Shown: one piece after another, positions 26,303 to 34,926 of the stretch
How positions within the stretch are numbered: the first letter of the stretch is position 1
How the letters are laid out: each line of letters starts with the position of its first letter
IMG/VR virus record: IMGVR_UViG_3300028592_000004
Location: 1 to 64,000 of that record
Direction: 5' to 3' (one strand)
DNA length: 64,000 nucleotides
Notes under the pieces: model-generated
Told to the model about the DNA's origin: nothing
Database searches by the model: none
The model's input: only the letters and a program-made list of their open reading frames with translations
Translations under genes and position numbers: made by a program

Positions 26303-26956
26303 TCACGGCCCCAGCAATCTCTCCAGGGCTTGTAGATCCGCAATCGCGTTCTGGCATTCCGTATCGTTCGAGTCTTCCTCCATGACCGCGTACTGCTCTG
26401 TTTCCAGCGCAGCAATCTCATCCTTGATCGTGTTCACTGCAGCATTCTTCTGCGCAATGAGGGCGTCAATGCGTGTCAGCTTCTCTTTTCGCACTTGGGC
26501 TCGGCTCGCAATCGTCTCCAATCGGGCGAGTTTCTCCGACAGGGACAGCTTTGGTGGCTCAGGCTCTGGGGTAGCTGCCTCCAGCGTCTCTGGTTCCTCG
26601 TTCGGTGGCAGAAGTTTGTCGTCGTACCGCTCGAAGTGCATGTGGATGTCTCGGGCGTCCCATTCCTTGAAGTCCCCGATGATCAGGGCTTCATAGATTC
26701 CGCCGTTGTCCATTCCATCCGGCCTGAGCAGGACAATGATGGCGTTTCGTTGGTACGGGCGCAGCCTCACTTCCCCTGGTGGGAGGCCCGACTTCACTCG
26801 CCGCGAGATCCGCACCGAATAAGAGCCTGGCGGAGCATCCCGCTCCTGGAGAAAGTCCAGAACCTGCTCCCGGTAGGGATTCCAGTTCTTCAGAATGAGG
26901 TTCCCGGTCTCGAACTTAGAGATCCGGTGCTGGCTTTGGGCCTTGGTGACGTTCAT
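26303..26956 (-). CDS. Hypothetical protein with C-terminal coiled coil
   Basis: GGAGG before MNVTKAQ. Confidence 0.6.
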   Translation of the reverse strand: MNVTKAQSQHRISKFETGNLILKNWNPYREQVLDFLQERDAPPGSYSVRISRRVKSGLPPGEVRLRPYQRNAIIVLLRPDGMDNGGIYEALIIGDFKEWDARDIHMHFERYDDKLLPPNEEPETLEAATPEPEPPKLSLSEKLARLETIASRAQVRKEKLTRIDALIAQKNAAVNTIKDEIAALETEQYAVMEEDSNDTECQNAIADLQALERLLGP

Positions 26957-27032
26957 AGAGCCTCCCGTGGGTAGAAGTGAGCATCCAAGGCCGGAGCTCT
27001 CTGGCAGGCTCCGGCGCGGGGCGCCCACTCCC

Positions 27033-27500
27033 TTACAGAAGGGCAGAAATGCTGCAGCTCTTCAGCCCAGTCGTGAGATCGGTCAGCTGCAGCCCCTTTG
27101 TGAGCGCTTTCGCCACGTCCTCGTATTCGTCGCGAGCGAAATCCTCGCCGAGACCAGGTCGGCCCGGCCTGCTCAGATGCGTCTCGAACACATTGTCGAA
27201 CAAGCGGATCCTGAACTCGTGTCCGTTGACCGGGTTGTAGATCCTCCTGTCCGTCAGGCGTTCAATCGTTGCTTCGACGCTGTCGGTCTCCAGGTCGCGG
27301 CGTGAAACCACACCCGCCTTGAGATCCTCCAACGAGATGTCTCTGCAGGCATTCCAGCACGCCACGAGGCGCTCAGCGTCCTGCGGATCCGACGCTGTGA
27401 AGATGACAGTCCCAGAGAAGTTCGCCGGGACCGCGTTCGTGTAGTCCTGGTCCTTCTGGAGTTTGGGATACACCATCAGGACCGTAATGGGGTCAGTCAT
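27033..27500 (-). CDS. Hypothetical protein (ERL-x-ACWNAC family)
   Basis: AERLVACWNACRDIS. Confidence 0.6.
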   Translation of the reverse strand: MTDPITVLMVYPKLQKDQDYTNAVPANFSGTVIFTASDPQDAERLVACWNACRDISLEDLKAGVVSRRDLETDSVEATIERLTDRRIYNPVNGHEFRIRLFDNVFETHLSRPGRPGLGEDFARDEYEDVAKALTKGLQLTDLTTGLKSCSISALL

Positions 27501-27699
27501 CGGAACTCCCAGGGTTGATTTCGTGAGCCTGGTCCTCCGGATCGAGCTTCCTACTCATCACGCCCATGACGGTCGTGTACTCCTCATCCTTGGTGTCGCC
27601 GGCCAGGGCCTTCTGGATTGCCGCCTCAAGTGAGTCGGCTTCCACGGTGTAGTCGCACCCGTGCATCTCAGTTGTGATGACGGGAACACGATAGAGCGG
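27493..27699 (-). CDS. Small hypothetical protein
   Basis: AAGGAG before TTG; TVEADSLEAAIQKA. Confidence 0.55.
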   Translation of the reverse strand, partial: PLYRVPVITTEMHGCDYTVEADSLEAAIQKALAGDTKDEEYTTVMGVMSRKLDPEDQAHEINPGSSDD

Positions 27700-27713
27700 C
27701 AAAGCGGCTCCTT

Positions 27714-27956
27714 TCAGGCTGGTGGAAGAAGTTCCTCGGGCTGGTAGCCATACTTGTTGAGAACGGCAGCCATATCGGCTGCCGTAAGAGACTGAGTCAC
27801 CATCCCATCGGACAGCGAGATCGACACATAGCGTTTCGACGGCGTTTCCAGACACTCCGTGCCTGCCACGTAGCCGATCAGCCAGCGTTCTTTCGTATCT
27901 GGCTTTCCATAGCGGCGCCCAGGCTTGATGTCGTCGGCTTGCCATTCAACTTTCAT
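27714..27956 (-). CDS. Hypothetical protein
   Basis: Tight packing. Confidence 0.55.
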   Translation of the reverse strand: MKVEWQADDIKPGRRYGKPDTKERWLIGYVAGTECLETPSKRYVSISLSDGMVTQSLTAADMAAVLNKYGYQPEELLPPA

Positions 27957-28170
27957 TGGGCATCATCCATTCTGGGAAGGTGATGTTGATCCGGACGGGC
28001 ATCCAGTCCCCGTTCGGGTCGCTCGTCACCTCTACGTTGATCTCTGGCGGGCCGTACACCTCCTCAGCGACAGCCTTGAACGCCTGCAGGAACTTCGCGT
28101 GGGTCTCTGGTGTCAGAGGCTTGCCAATGAAGCCCTGGAGGCGTTCGCGTAGCTGGTCCTTGTAGCTCAC
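27946..28170 (-). CDS. Hypothetical protein
   Basis: GTGA overlap. Confidence 0.55.
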   Translation of the reverse strand: MSYKDQLRERLQGFIGKPLTPETHAKFLQAFKAVAEEVYGPPEINVEVTSDPNGDWMPVRINITFPEWMMPNES

Positions 28171-28625
28171 GGGAGCTCGTCCGCGTAGACAGACTCGTAG
28201 TGCAAGCCGAGAGCATGTAGCTCACCGCCCAGAACCGAGCACCACATGTGGAAGAGATACTCCAGGGACAACGCGTTGTATCTCCGCAACAGTTCTCTAC
28301 AGGTTTCGGGATCGGGTTCCTGAAACCAGAGGCAGTGAGGCGCAATACGATCGCCAGAATGCAGAGCCAACGTGAGAGTCGGCCAGTTGCGCTGTGGGAA
28401 CGTAATGCGGATCCCTCGCAGGGCGTACTTCTGGCCAGTGAGGAACTCGTGAGCGGCGGTGATATCGACCAGACGCGGCATGTACTTCTGGCAGATGTAG
28501 TGCAGCTCCCTGAATACCTCGGCATGGCTGCGTCCGTAGACAGGTGCAGCCGCCGGCACCCTGCTGACGACAAAGGTCGACAGGGCCGTGGCAGCCATAG
28601 TTCGTAGAGCGTCGCGTCTGTTCAT
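28167..28625 (-). CDS. Twin-arginine-signal protein
   Basis: MNRRDALRTMAATALSTFVV. Confidence 0.6.
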   Translation of the reverse strand: MNRRDALRTMAATALSTFVVSRVPAAAPVYGRSHAEVFRELHYICQKYMPRLVDITAAHEFLTGQKYALRGIRITFPQRNWPTLTLALHSGDRIAPHCLWFQEPDPETCRELLRRYNALSLEYLFHMWCSVLGGELHALGLHYESVYADELP

Positions 28626-28858
28626 GGCGTTTCGTTCTCGTGGGCGCTGACATCGAAATCTTCCAGATTCCGTATCGGCACAGTTTCGTGAAACCAATCC
28701 AGAGCATCATCCTCTGTTTCGTCGCGGCCGGCGGGGACCTCGTAGTCCCGATAGGACAGCTTTCCGTCGAGGCCGGCTGGCAGGTCCACACGATCGTCAG
28801 CGTCGAGCTTTTGCGTCGGCACCAGCTGCGTGCATCGCACAATGTAACCGAGGCTCAT
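28622..28858 (-). CDS. Small acidic hypothetical protein
   Basis: ATGA overlap. Confidence 0.55.
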   Translation of the reverse strand: MSLGYIVRCTQLVPTQKLDADDRVDLPAGLDGKLSYRDYEVPAGRDETEDDALDWFHETVPIRNLEDFDVSAHENETP

Positions 28859-29064
28859 GGCGACTTCCTCCGATACAGGTCAGTCAGCTGCAGGCGGCGA
28901 TTCTTCCACCAGCCCTGCATATCGTAGTTCCTCTGTCGCTGGTGGAACTCCTCGTGCTGCATTACCGCTAGGGCTGCAGTCGCAAGGGCGTCTCGGGAGA
29001 GACGAAAGTCCTCGGGGAAGAGGTGTGTCAGAACCATGCTTTGAAAGGGGTGGGTCAGAACCAT
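28855..29064 (-). CDS. Hypothetical protein with duplicated N-terminus
   Basis: MVLTHPFQS-MVLTHLFP. Confidence 0.5.
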   Translation of the reverse strand: MVLTHPFQSMVLTHLFPEDFRLSRDALATAALAVMQHEEFHQRQRNYDMQGWWKNRRLQLTDLYRRKSP

Positions 29065-29077
29065 GCTTTGAAAGGGG
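29027..29077. repeat. Tandem duplication, 27-bp period
   Basis: GTCAGAACCATGCTTTGAAAGGGG exact at 29027-29050 and 29054-29077. Confidence 0.9.
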
Positions 29078-29426
29078 CCAGGATGCGACGTAGAGACTTG
29101 GTAGCGCTGTACTCCTCGCCAGTCTCATCGTTCCTGTCCTCGCCAGTATCCTGCAAATCCAGCAGCTGAGCACGGGCCGCGTTGACCACCTTCTTGAGTG
29201 CACCAGTCTTGAGCTGGACTGTCGAAATCCCGCGGCAGGCGTTCCAGCAAGCAATCAAGCGTTCGGTTGTGATCTGCTCAGTGGCGTCGCTGAATTCCGT
29301 ACCTGAGCATTTGGCGATGATCGAGTTTGTTGCGTCTCGCCAGATCGTCGCCTTTGGGCCACTCGACAGCTTTTCGAGTGAAAGATCAATCGGTCCAGAT
29401 GACGTTTTCTTCTTCGCCACACTCAC
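29055..29426 (-). CDS. Hypothetical protein (ERL-x-ACWNAC family)
   Basis: TERLIACWNACRGIS. Confidence 0.6.
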   Translation of the reverse strand: MSVAKKKTSSGPIDLSLEKLSSGPKATIWRDATNSIIAKCSGTEFSDATEQITTERLIACWNACRGISTVQLKTGALKKVVNAARAQLLDLQDTGEDRNDETGEEYSATKSLRRILAPFKAWF

Positions 29427-29959
29427 CTCCGCTCTTTGAATTCCTTGTGGGCCTTAGCGGTCGCCTCGATCAGCGAGGCCCGCTTTCCTACAGCGTCAGC
29501 CCGCTCCAAGTAGGCCTCACACTGGATCTTGGTCTCGGAGTGATCATCCCCAGGCTTCGTCAGGCCGAGTTTCTCTGCCATCCTGTGGCGGGTCACCCAA
29601 GGCAACTCGAAGAGCTGGAACACAAACGTCCGCAACTCTTCTACGGTGAACTCCTTCTCCGGCGGCTTGCCGAAGGTTTCGGTCAGAAGGGCCTCAGCCG
29701 CCTCCACCTCTTCCTTCGTCACCTTCCCTGGATGAACAGGACAGCCATAGACGTAGATGAACTCGCCAGGCCGCTCGCGATAGCCGCGGCCGTAGCAGTT
29801 GTCGATCGCAGGGCACTGGCAGCCAGCCGCGATCGCTTCTTTGGTCCCAGGGTTGGGCGCCAGCTGCTCCTGGTATTTATCGCCGCAGAGGCAGTCGTCT
29901 CCAGGAGCGTAGGGAGCGTCCTGAGTCGAGCCACAGCTGGGGCATTTGAGAAACGTCAT
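29423..29959 (-). CDS. Cys-rich multi-zinc-module protein
   Basis: CPSCG..CLCG; PNPGT-x-EA...GCQCP..DN...CPVH. Confidence 0.6.
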   Translation of the reverse strand: MTFLKCPSCGSTQDAPYAPGDDCLCGDKYQEQLAPNPGTKEAIAAGCQCPAIDNCYGRGYRERPGEFIYVYGCPVHPGKVTKEEVEAAEALLTETFGKPPEKEFTVEELRTFVFQLFELPWVTRHRMAEKLGLTKPGDDHSETKIQCEAYLERADAVGKRASLIEATAKAHKEFKERR

Positions 29960-30357
29960 CAGGGATCCTGTCTGAGCAGCCCGTTCTCACGAGCCTTTTC
30001 CTCGTAGATTGCGTGCAGCTGATCGAGCATTTGTTTTGAGTCTGCACGGACCGGGCCTCGACGTATGCGCTCGGCCCGAAGAGCAAACAGATTCTGGTCG
30101 TAGACGACCTCTCGTCGGCGAGCTTCGACATAGTCTGGGCTGTTAGCGTGGCTGCCCACTGTGCCGAGCATGATCGTACGAATCCGGCTTGTTTTCACCA
30201 GGTCGTCGAAGATGTAGATGAGACGCTGCAGTTGTGCGTCCGACAGCTCAGCAAGCCGATAGGGCCTGATGTCTTTCTCGACAGCACCGGCAACAGGGAT
30301 GCTCGGCAGCACGAGGGCTGCCAGCGTGGTCTTGAGAAACTCTCTGCGGTCCATCAT
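29959..30357 (-). CDS. Twin-arginine-signal protein
   Basis: MMDRREFLKTTLAALVLPSIPVAGA. Confidence 0.65.
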   Translation of the reverse strand: MMDRREFLKTTLAALVLPSIPVAGAVEKDIRPYRLAELSDAQLQRLIYIFDDLVKTSRIRTIMLGTVGSHANSPDYVEARRREVVYDQNLFALRAERIRRGPVRADSKQMLDQLHAIYEEKARENGLLRQDP

Positions 30358-30773
30358 CCCTCCGCCCAGGAGAACCACTCTGCGCCAGCAGCAATCAATG
30401 CAAGGCGAACGGCTACCGACGCTGACACCATGTTGATGTATCCGATCCCGATGAACCATTCCTCGGGAGCTACTTGGCAACGCCCTACGCGGGCGTCTTC
30501 TGAGCCACTGTAGAGAAGACCGAGTTCCGGTTCGAGATCGGCTCGAATGTTGAGCTTGGCCAGGATCTCTTGCTTGAGGGTCAGCTTCTCCGCAGCAAAC
30601 CACTCAGGCTCGTAGTCGTCCTCTTCGTCGTCGAGTTCCTCATCATCGAACTCTTCGTCGTCCGCGCCTTCCGCTTCCTGCAGACGCTTAGCTTCCAGGA
30701 GATGTATGCGAGTGTAGAACTCCTGCGGCACCTGGACGCCGAAGAGAGCATGGACAAAGACGTCCGCGGACAT
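30354..30773 (-). CDS. Protein with acidic tract
   Basis: EAEGADDEEFDDEELDDEEDDYEPE; AAGGA before ATG. Confidence 0.6.
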   Translation of the reverse strand: MSADVFVHALFGVQVPQEFYTRIHLLEAKRLQEAEGADDEEFDDEELDDEEDDYEPEWFAAEKLTLKQEILAKLNIRADLEPELGLLYSGSEDARVGRCQVAPEEWFIGIGYINMVSASVAVRLALIAAGAEWFSWAEG

Positions 30774-30781
30774 GCTGTCCT

Positions 30782-30801
30782 TTCAATGCGCGGGTATTGA
30801 A
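30782..30801. promoter_or_regulatory. 20-bp site, copy 4
   Basis: TTCAATGCGCGGGTATTGAA spanning upstream stop, 8 nt before next ATG. Confidence 0.8.
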
Positions 30802-31109
30802 TCCGGCTCAGGGCCGGAGGGAGGCGGCGAGATGTGAGCCTGAGCTTCCTCGACCGTGATATGGCCAAGGACGATCAGGTAGTTCTGCAGACTCGCCAGG
30901 GTGGCACACATTCCAGCGTACCGGTCCTGCCTGCCGTACAGACTGATCCGCTCCGCCAGATAGGCTATGTGGTCGTACTTCTCATCCTGAGTCCACTTAG
31001 GCCAGTGCTTCTCGACAGGGCCGCGGATGGGCTCTGCGTGCGGAAAGAACCCGGCCCTGTAGGTTCTGACCAAGGCTTCCACGAAGTCCACGTTGAGGAC
31101 GACCATCAC
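30783..31109 (-). CDS. Hypothetical protein, paralog of 12100..12405
   Basis: WTQDEKYDHIAYLAERI...LASLQNYLIVLGHITVEE. Confidence 0.6.
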   Translation of the reverse strand: MMVVLNVDFVEALVRTYRAGFFPHAEPIRGPVEKHWPKWTQDEKYDHIAYLAERISLYGRQDRYAGMCATLASLQNYLIVLGHITVEEAQAHISPPPSGPEPDSIPAH

Positions 31110-31711
31110 AGTTCCTTGAGGGGAATTTCACCCAGTCGCGGCCATTGCTCATCGAGCCACGCGTTCAGCTCGACAAGATTGGCCATCGTCTGAATGTCAG
31201 CTTTGATACTCGGGCTGCTGATGTCACAGCGATACTTGCCGTCGTCGTCAACGTAGGCGAGCAAAGCCGCATCAGCGCCGACGACAAGAATGCCATGCCC
31301 GAAGGCCATAGCTTCTTCAAGGCTCTCGCGATCAAACAAACGAACCACTCCCTTGCTGGCAGCAGACACATTCGGGAGGCCAGACATGGGGATCATGTCC
31401 CATGCTTTGGGGGAGAACTCACCCGGCACTGCTGCCGCGTTTACAACCTCACGAGGATCAGCTCCTCCGAGGTGCTTACTGTCAAAAGCAAGGCTGACCG
31501 CGATCTGCTGCTGCGGATTGAGATGAGCCACGACAACAAGCGGGTATCCAGCATCGTCGATGAGCTCCTGCAAAGCGCCTTGTACGATCTCAGGAAGTAG
31601 CTCAACATCAATGCCTCGCTTATAGAATTCACGCTTGGCGATGTTGATGACCTGGCTGCAAGCCTGTTGAATCTCGGCGAGCACTTCGGCGTTGATCCGG
31701 GGATGCGTCAT
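31106..31711 (-). CDS. Hypothetical protein
   Basis: First ORF after a 440-bp ORF-poor gap. Confidence 0.6.
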   Translation of the reverse strand: MTHPRINAEVLAEIQQACSQVINIAKREFYKRGIDVELLPEIVQGALQELIDDAGYPLVVVAHLNPQQQIAVSLAFDSKHLGGADPREVVNAAAVPGEFSPKAWDMIPMSGLPNVSAASKGVVRLFDRESLEEAMAFGHGILVVGADAALLAYVDDDGKYRCDISSPSIKADIQTMANLVELNAWLDEQWPRLGEIPLKEL

Positions 31712-32150
31712 ACCAGCATCTCTTTCTCTTTGCGGCACATTGTATAGCCGGTTCGGGTACGGCTTTGTCCAACTCCTGGGCGGCGAATGTTTCCACTATG
31801 GCCGGCACCCGCCTTCGGTTGACGACGTAGGTGATACTGGGGCTGTGGGCACGTTGCCCGGAATCCCAAATGCTTTCGCAGCGTTCCGCGAGTGTACCGA
31901 GGCGGCTAGCGCTCTCGGCCTGGTTCGCGCTTGGCCCTAGCCGTGGGCCTGTTCGCAGAGGTTGATGATCAGGGCCTCTGCTGACTGTTGTTTCTGAGAA
32001 TATGGCTTGGCAGCCTCAACTCGGTATGTCGAGCAATGCACTACCGGCAAATCTGGTCGGTTGGACCCGGCTGGTTACCACTCGTTACTGGCTCCCTGTT
32101 CGTTACGGCTGTCGGCTTTCCCGGCAAACTTCCATGAGGAAGCGGCTCAC

Positions 32151-32378
32151 CTACTGAATGACGAAGACCTCAACCAGGGCTTCGCCCTCTTCGAAATCTT
32201 CAGGCTTGAGATCCTCCGGATCTGGTGCCTGACCAAGGCTGCCATCTGGCAGCTCCAAAGCTGTCGCTGATGACATGTCGTAGACCGGTCTATACGCGTG
32301 GTCGTCCGCGGGCACGACCAGCCTTACGCTGTCTGGGAGACTCGCCGTGGCTCTTCGCCAGTCGCCGAGCGTCTTCAT
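32151..32378 (-). CDS. Small hypothetical protein
   Basis: GGAGG before MKTLGDW. Confidence 0.55.
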   Translation of the reverse strand: MKTLGDWRRATASLPDSVRLVVPADDHAYRPVYDMSSATALELPDGSLGQAPDPEDLKPEDFEEGEALVEVFVIQ

Positions 32379-32688
32379 CTGCTGCCTCCTGTTCCTGGTA
32401 CGCTTTGAGAATCTCCGTGGCGTCTCCGGTGATCTCGATGAGCACGAGTTGCTTCCGCTCGTCCATGCCAACAATGCGGTACTCCAGCTCCATCAGATAG
32501 GAAGCGCCGTAGCTGCAGTACTCATCGGCCAGGGCCTCACCCGAGATCTCTTGACTCATGAGATGCTCGAACGAGACCTGGACGACGAAGCTGATTTGCG
32601 TCTTCTCTGTTGAGCCCTTGGGCGCAAACAGAAGCCGACGAAAGGTCTTCTCGGTGAGAGAATTTCTCAGCGGTCTGACGGTGGGCAA
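32290..32688 (-). CDS. Hypothetical protein
   Basis: AGGAGG before TTG. Confidence 0.55.
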   Translation of the reverse strand: MPTVRPLRNSLTEKTFRRLLFAPKGSTEKTQISFVVQVSFEHLMSQEISGEALADEYCSYGASYLMELEYRIVGMDERKQLVLIEITGDATEILKAYQEQEAADEDARRLAKSHGESPRQRKAGRARGRPRV

Positions 32689-32696
32689 GATCCCTC

Positions 32697-33272
32697 CTAG
32701 ACAACAAGGCCATCAGTTTCAGGCAGCATCCATCCCCGAGGTTCAGCCAGGATCTGATCCATGTCCCAGACCTCTTCAATGCCTGCCTGATGCCGCTTCA
32801 GCAAGCGGTCGTAGAGCAGAAGATACACTGCCGCGGCCAGGTTCGTACAGTGCCGCGTGGGGATCACGACAAAGCGGTGACAGTGCCTAGTTTCGACCTT
32901 GTCGAGGCTTCCATCCTCCGGGCCGAACACGTAGACCGGATTCTCCGGATGCTCGAACGAGGTCAGCAGCTCGCTGCCCTGTCTGAGCTCCACAGCGACC
33001 GGTGTGGCCCCTGGAAACTGCTCGAAGGGATAATCGTGTTGCCGAAGCTCCACGCTCTTGTAGCCCTTCATACGCTCTTCTCGCGGCAGCCGCTGGCCCT
33101 TGGCGGGGTCCAGGCTGACACGGTCCCCAGTGAACCAAACCTGGTTCACACCAAAGCAGGCTGCAGCACGCACCGCAGCCCCGACGTTGTGGGCGTACTT
33201 GGGCCGGCACAAGACGATTGCCGGCGCCGTTCCTTGGGGCTTCATCCCCTTGCCATATTGAGCTGTCTGCAT
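32697..33272 (-). CDS. SPOUT (TrmH/SpoU-family) RNA methyltransferase
   Basis: PKYAHNVGAAVRAAACFG; VFGPEDG; IPTRHCTNLAAAV. Confidence 0.85.
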   Translation of the reverse strand: MQTAQYGKGMKPQGTAPAIVLCRPKYAHNVGAAVRAAACFGVNQVWFTGDRVSLDPAKGQRLPREERMKGYKSVELRQHDYPFEQFPGATPVAVELRQGSELLTSFEHPENPVYVFGPEDGSLDKVETRHCHRFVVIPTRHCTNLAAAVYLLLYDRLLKRHQAGIEEVWDMDQILAEPRGWMLPETDGLVV

Positions 33273-33323
33273 GTGTACGAGGGCCGCGGGAGATCCCGCG
33301 GCCAGGTTCCTTTCTTGTAGCTA

Positions 33324-33827
33324 TCAGGACTTCGATTCGAGCGGCGCCGGGTACTCGATCAGATGGCCCGTGACGAGCCAGATCCACTTCCCCGCCGTCG
33401 CCATTGGCTCACAGGAATCCACCGACATCAGCATCCGCGCGATCAGCGGCGCCATGTCCTTAGCAGACTCCCAGTGGTAGACAGGAATGTTCTCACGAGT
33501 TGAAGCTCGGTACTGGACACGGAGTCTAACCGTGGCCTCCCCGCCCTTGAACTCGACGAACTTGAATCGGCTGAAGCCGAACTCTTCGAGCAGGAGGATC
33601 TTCTCACCCGACTTATAGAGTGGCTTCGCCGAGTGGTAAACGTTTTGAGTATGGTTCCCTCCCCACCAAGTCCAGTTTGGCTCACCACGATGAGGCGGAT
33701 CCACACTCCGGTGCTTAGGGTCTGGCGTCGGCTGCGGGTCCATCGGGATGGACTGGGACAGGATCGCTCCTACCCCAGTCGTCCACAGCCGCTTTGCGGT
33801 GTCGAGATCGACGGCGAGTGTCTTCAC
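33324..33827 (-). CDS. Possible ASCH/PUA-like phage protein
   Basis: LYKSGEKILLLEE...YRAS...WESAKDM...ARML resembles the G-D-x-LWVRE...W-x-PSIHMPR family. Confidence 0.4.
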   Translation of the reverse strand: MKTLAVDLDTAKRLWTTGVGAILSQSIPMDPQPTPDPKHRSVDPPHRGEPNWTWWGGNHTQNVYHSAKPLYKSGEKILLLEEFGFSRFKFVEFKGGEATVRLRVQYRASTRENIPVYHWESAKDMAPLIARMLMSVDSCEPMATAGKWIWLVTGHLIEYPAPLESKS

Positions 33828-34105
33828 TCGGCGGGCTCCGCTTTGTCGACTTCGTCGCGGTTCTTGAGCATGGCGTCAAAGAAGACGTTCTGCATCATGA
33901 ACCGAGTTCGACTATGCACCTCGGCAAACCGACTGGCGATATCGGACCGGATCCAGGCAGCCTTTGTCGCCTCGTCCAGGGCCGGTTGCAGCCCGTCGAA
34001 GATGGACATCACGTGCATCGTAGCGGTGAAGTCGACCGGCTCAAGTTGCTCCACTGTTGGAGGGTTGGCCAGCATGTACTCCAGGCTCTGTAGCCCCTTC
34101 TCCAC
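33824..34105 (-). CDS. Hypothetical protein
   Basis: ORF in gene run. Confidence 0.5.
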   Translation of the reverse strand: MEKGLQSLEYMLANPPTVEQLEPVDFTATMHVMSIFDGLQPALDEATKAAWIRSDIASRFAEVHSRTRFMMQNVFFDAMLKNRDEVDKAEPAE

Positions 34106-34580
34106 CAGGGTCAGCAGCTCCGGAACCGTCTCCTGGCTCAGGGTCTTGCCGTTGAACAGAATCGGTCTCAGTCTCCTTCTGGGCCGGAATCCCGGCGGTG
34201 TTGATCATCACGTACGGCATCCCTCCAGGAAGAAGGGGCCAGGTCTCACGCTCAGACATGAACGCGGCGTAGCCGAGGGCCATGCCCAAGCACAGCAGCC
34301 CTTCGGCCTGGATGTGGAACCCCGTCCACATGACTCCATCCTTGCGAGTGACGAGGTTGAGGAAGCTCCATCCTTCCTTGAATTGATCCGGGAGCTGGTC
34401 GAGCATCGCGATCACGTTTTTGCGTTGCTCCTCCAGCCTCTCGGGATGAAACGCGAGCCTGTGAACTGGCCCGATGACAACCTTGGCCCACTCCGGAGCC
34501 GTGACACCGTCGATCAAGTCCTTCCTATCAAGCAGGCACGCCAATGCGACTGCGTCAACGTTCTCCCCTGTGAGCTCCAT
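34041..34580 (-). CDS. Conserved-looking phage hypothetical protein
   Basis: FHPERL...GWSFL...WTG-x-H...LPGGMPY. Confidence 0.6.
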   Translation of the reverse strand: MELTGENVDAVALACLLDRKDLIDGVTAPEWAKVVIGPVHRLAFHPERLEEQRKNVIAMLDQLPDQFKEGWSFLNLVTRKDGVMWTGFHIQAEGLLCLGMALGYAAFMSERETWPLLPGGMPYVMINTAGIPAQKETETDSVQRQDPEPGDGSGAADPGGEGATEPGVHAGQPSNSGAT

Positions 34581-34581
34581 G

Positions 34582-34926
34582 TCACCTGTCCTTTGCTTGG
34601 TTGTAGGCCGCGGCAAACTCCGCCAAGGAGTACGGCGTGGCCCGCTTTCCTTCCTCGATTGCGTCGGCGATCTGCTTTCTAACCGTCTTGCGGTCAGTCG
34701 CTTCCAGATCCTTGACGACCTGGTCCAGATCGTTACCGACAATGCCTCCACTCTCATGCTCGACAATCAGTGTTCGGTCAACGCCCGGCAGATTGACGAC
34801 ATGAAGCTGGACTCCGTGCTTGTACTTCTTCGGGCGTCCGAGACTGACCTCGATCGAAATCGGGGTATGCGGACTGCCGAACAGGAACGGCCGATATGCG
34901 GCGGTGTAGATCTTACGTTTGGCCAC
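34582..34926 (-). CDS. Hypothetical protein
   Basis: AAGGA before GTG. Confidence 0.55.
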   Translation of the reverse strand: MAKRKIYTAAYRPFLFGSPHTPISIEVSLGRPKKYKHGVQLHVVNLPGVDRTLIVEHESGGIVGNDLDQVVKDLEATDRKTVRKQIADAIEEGKRATPYSLAEFAAAYNQAKDR

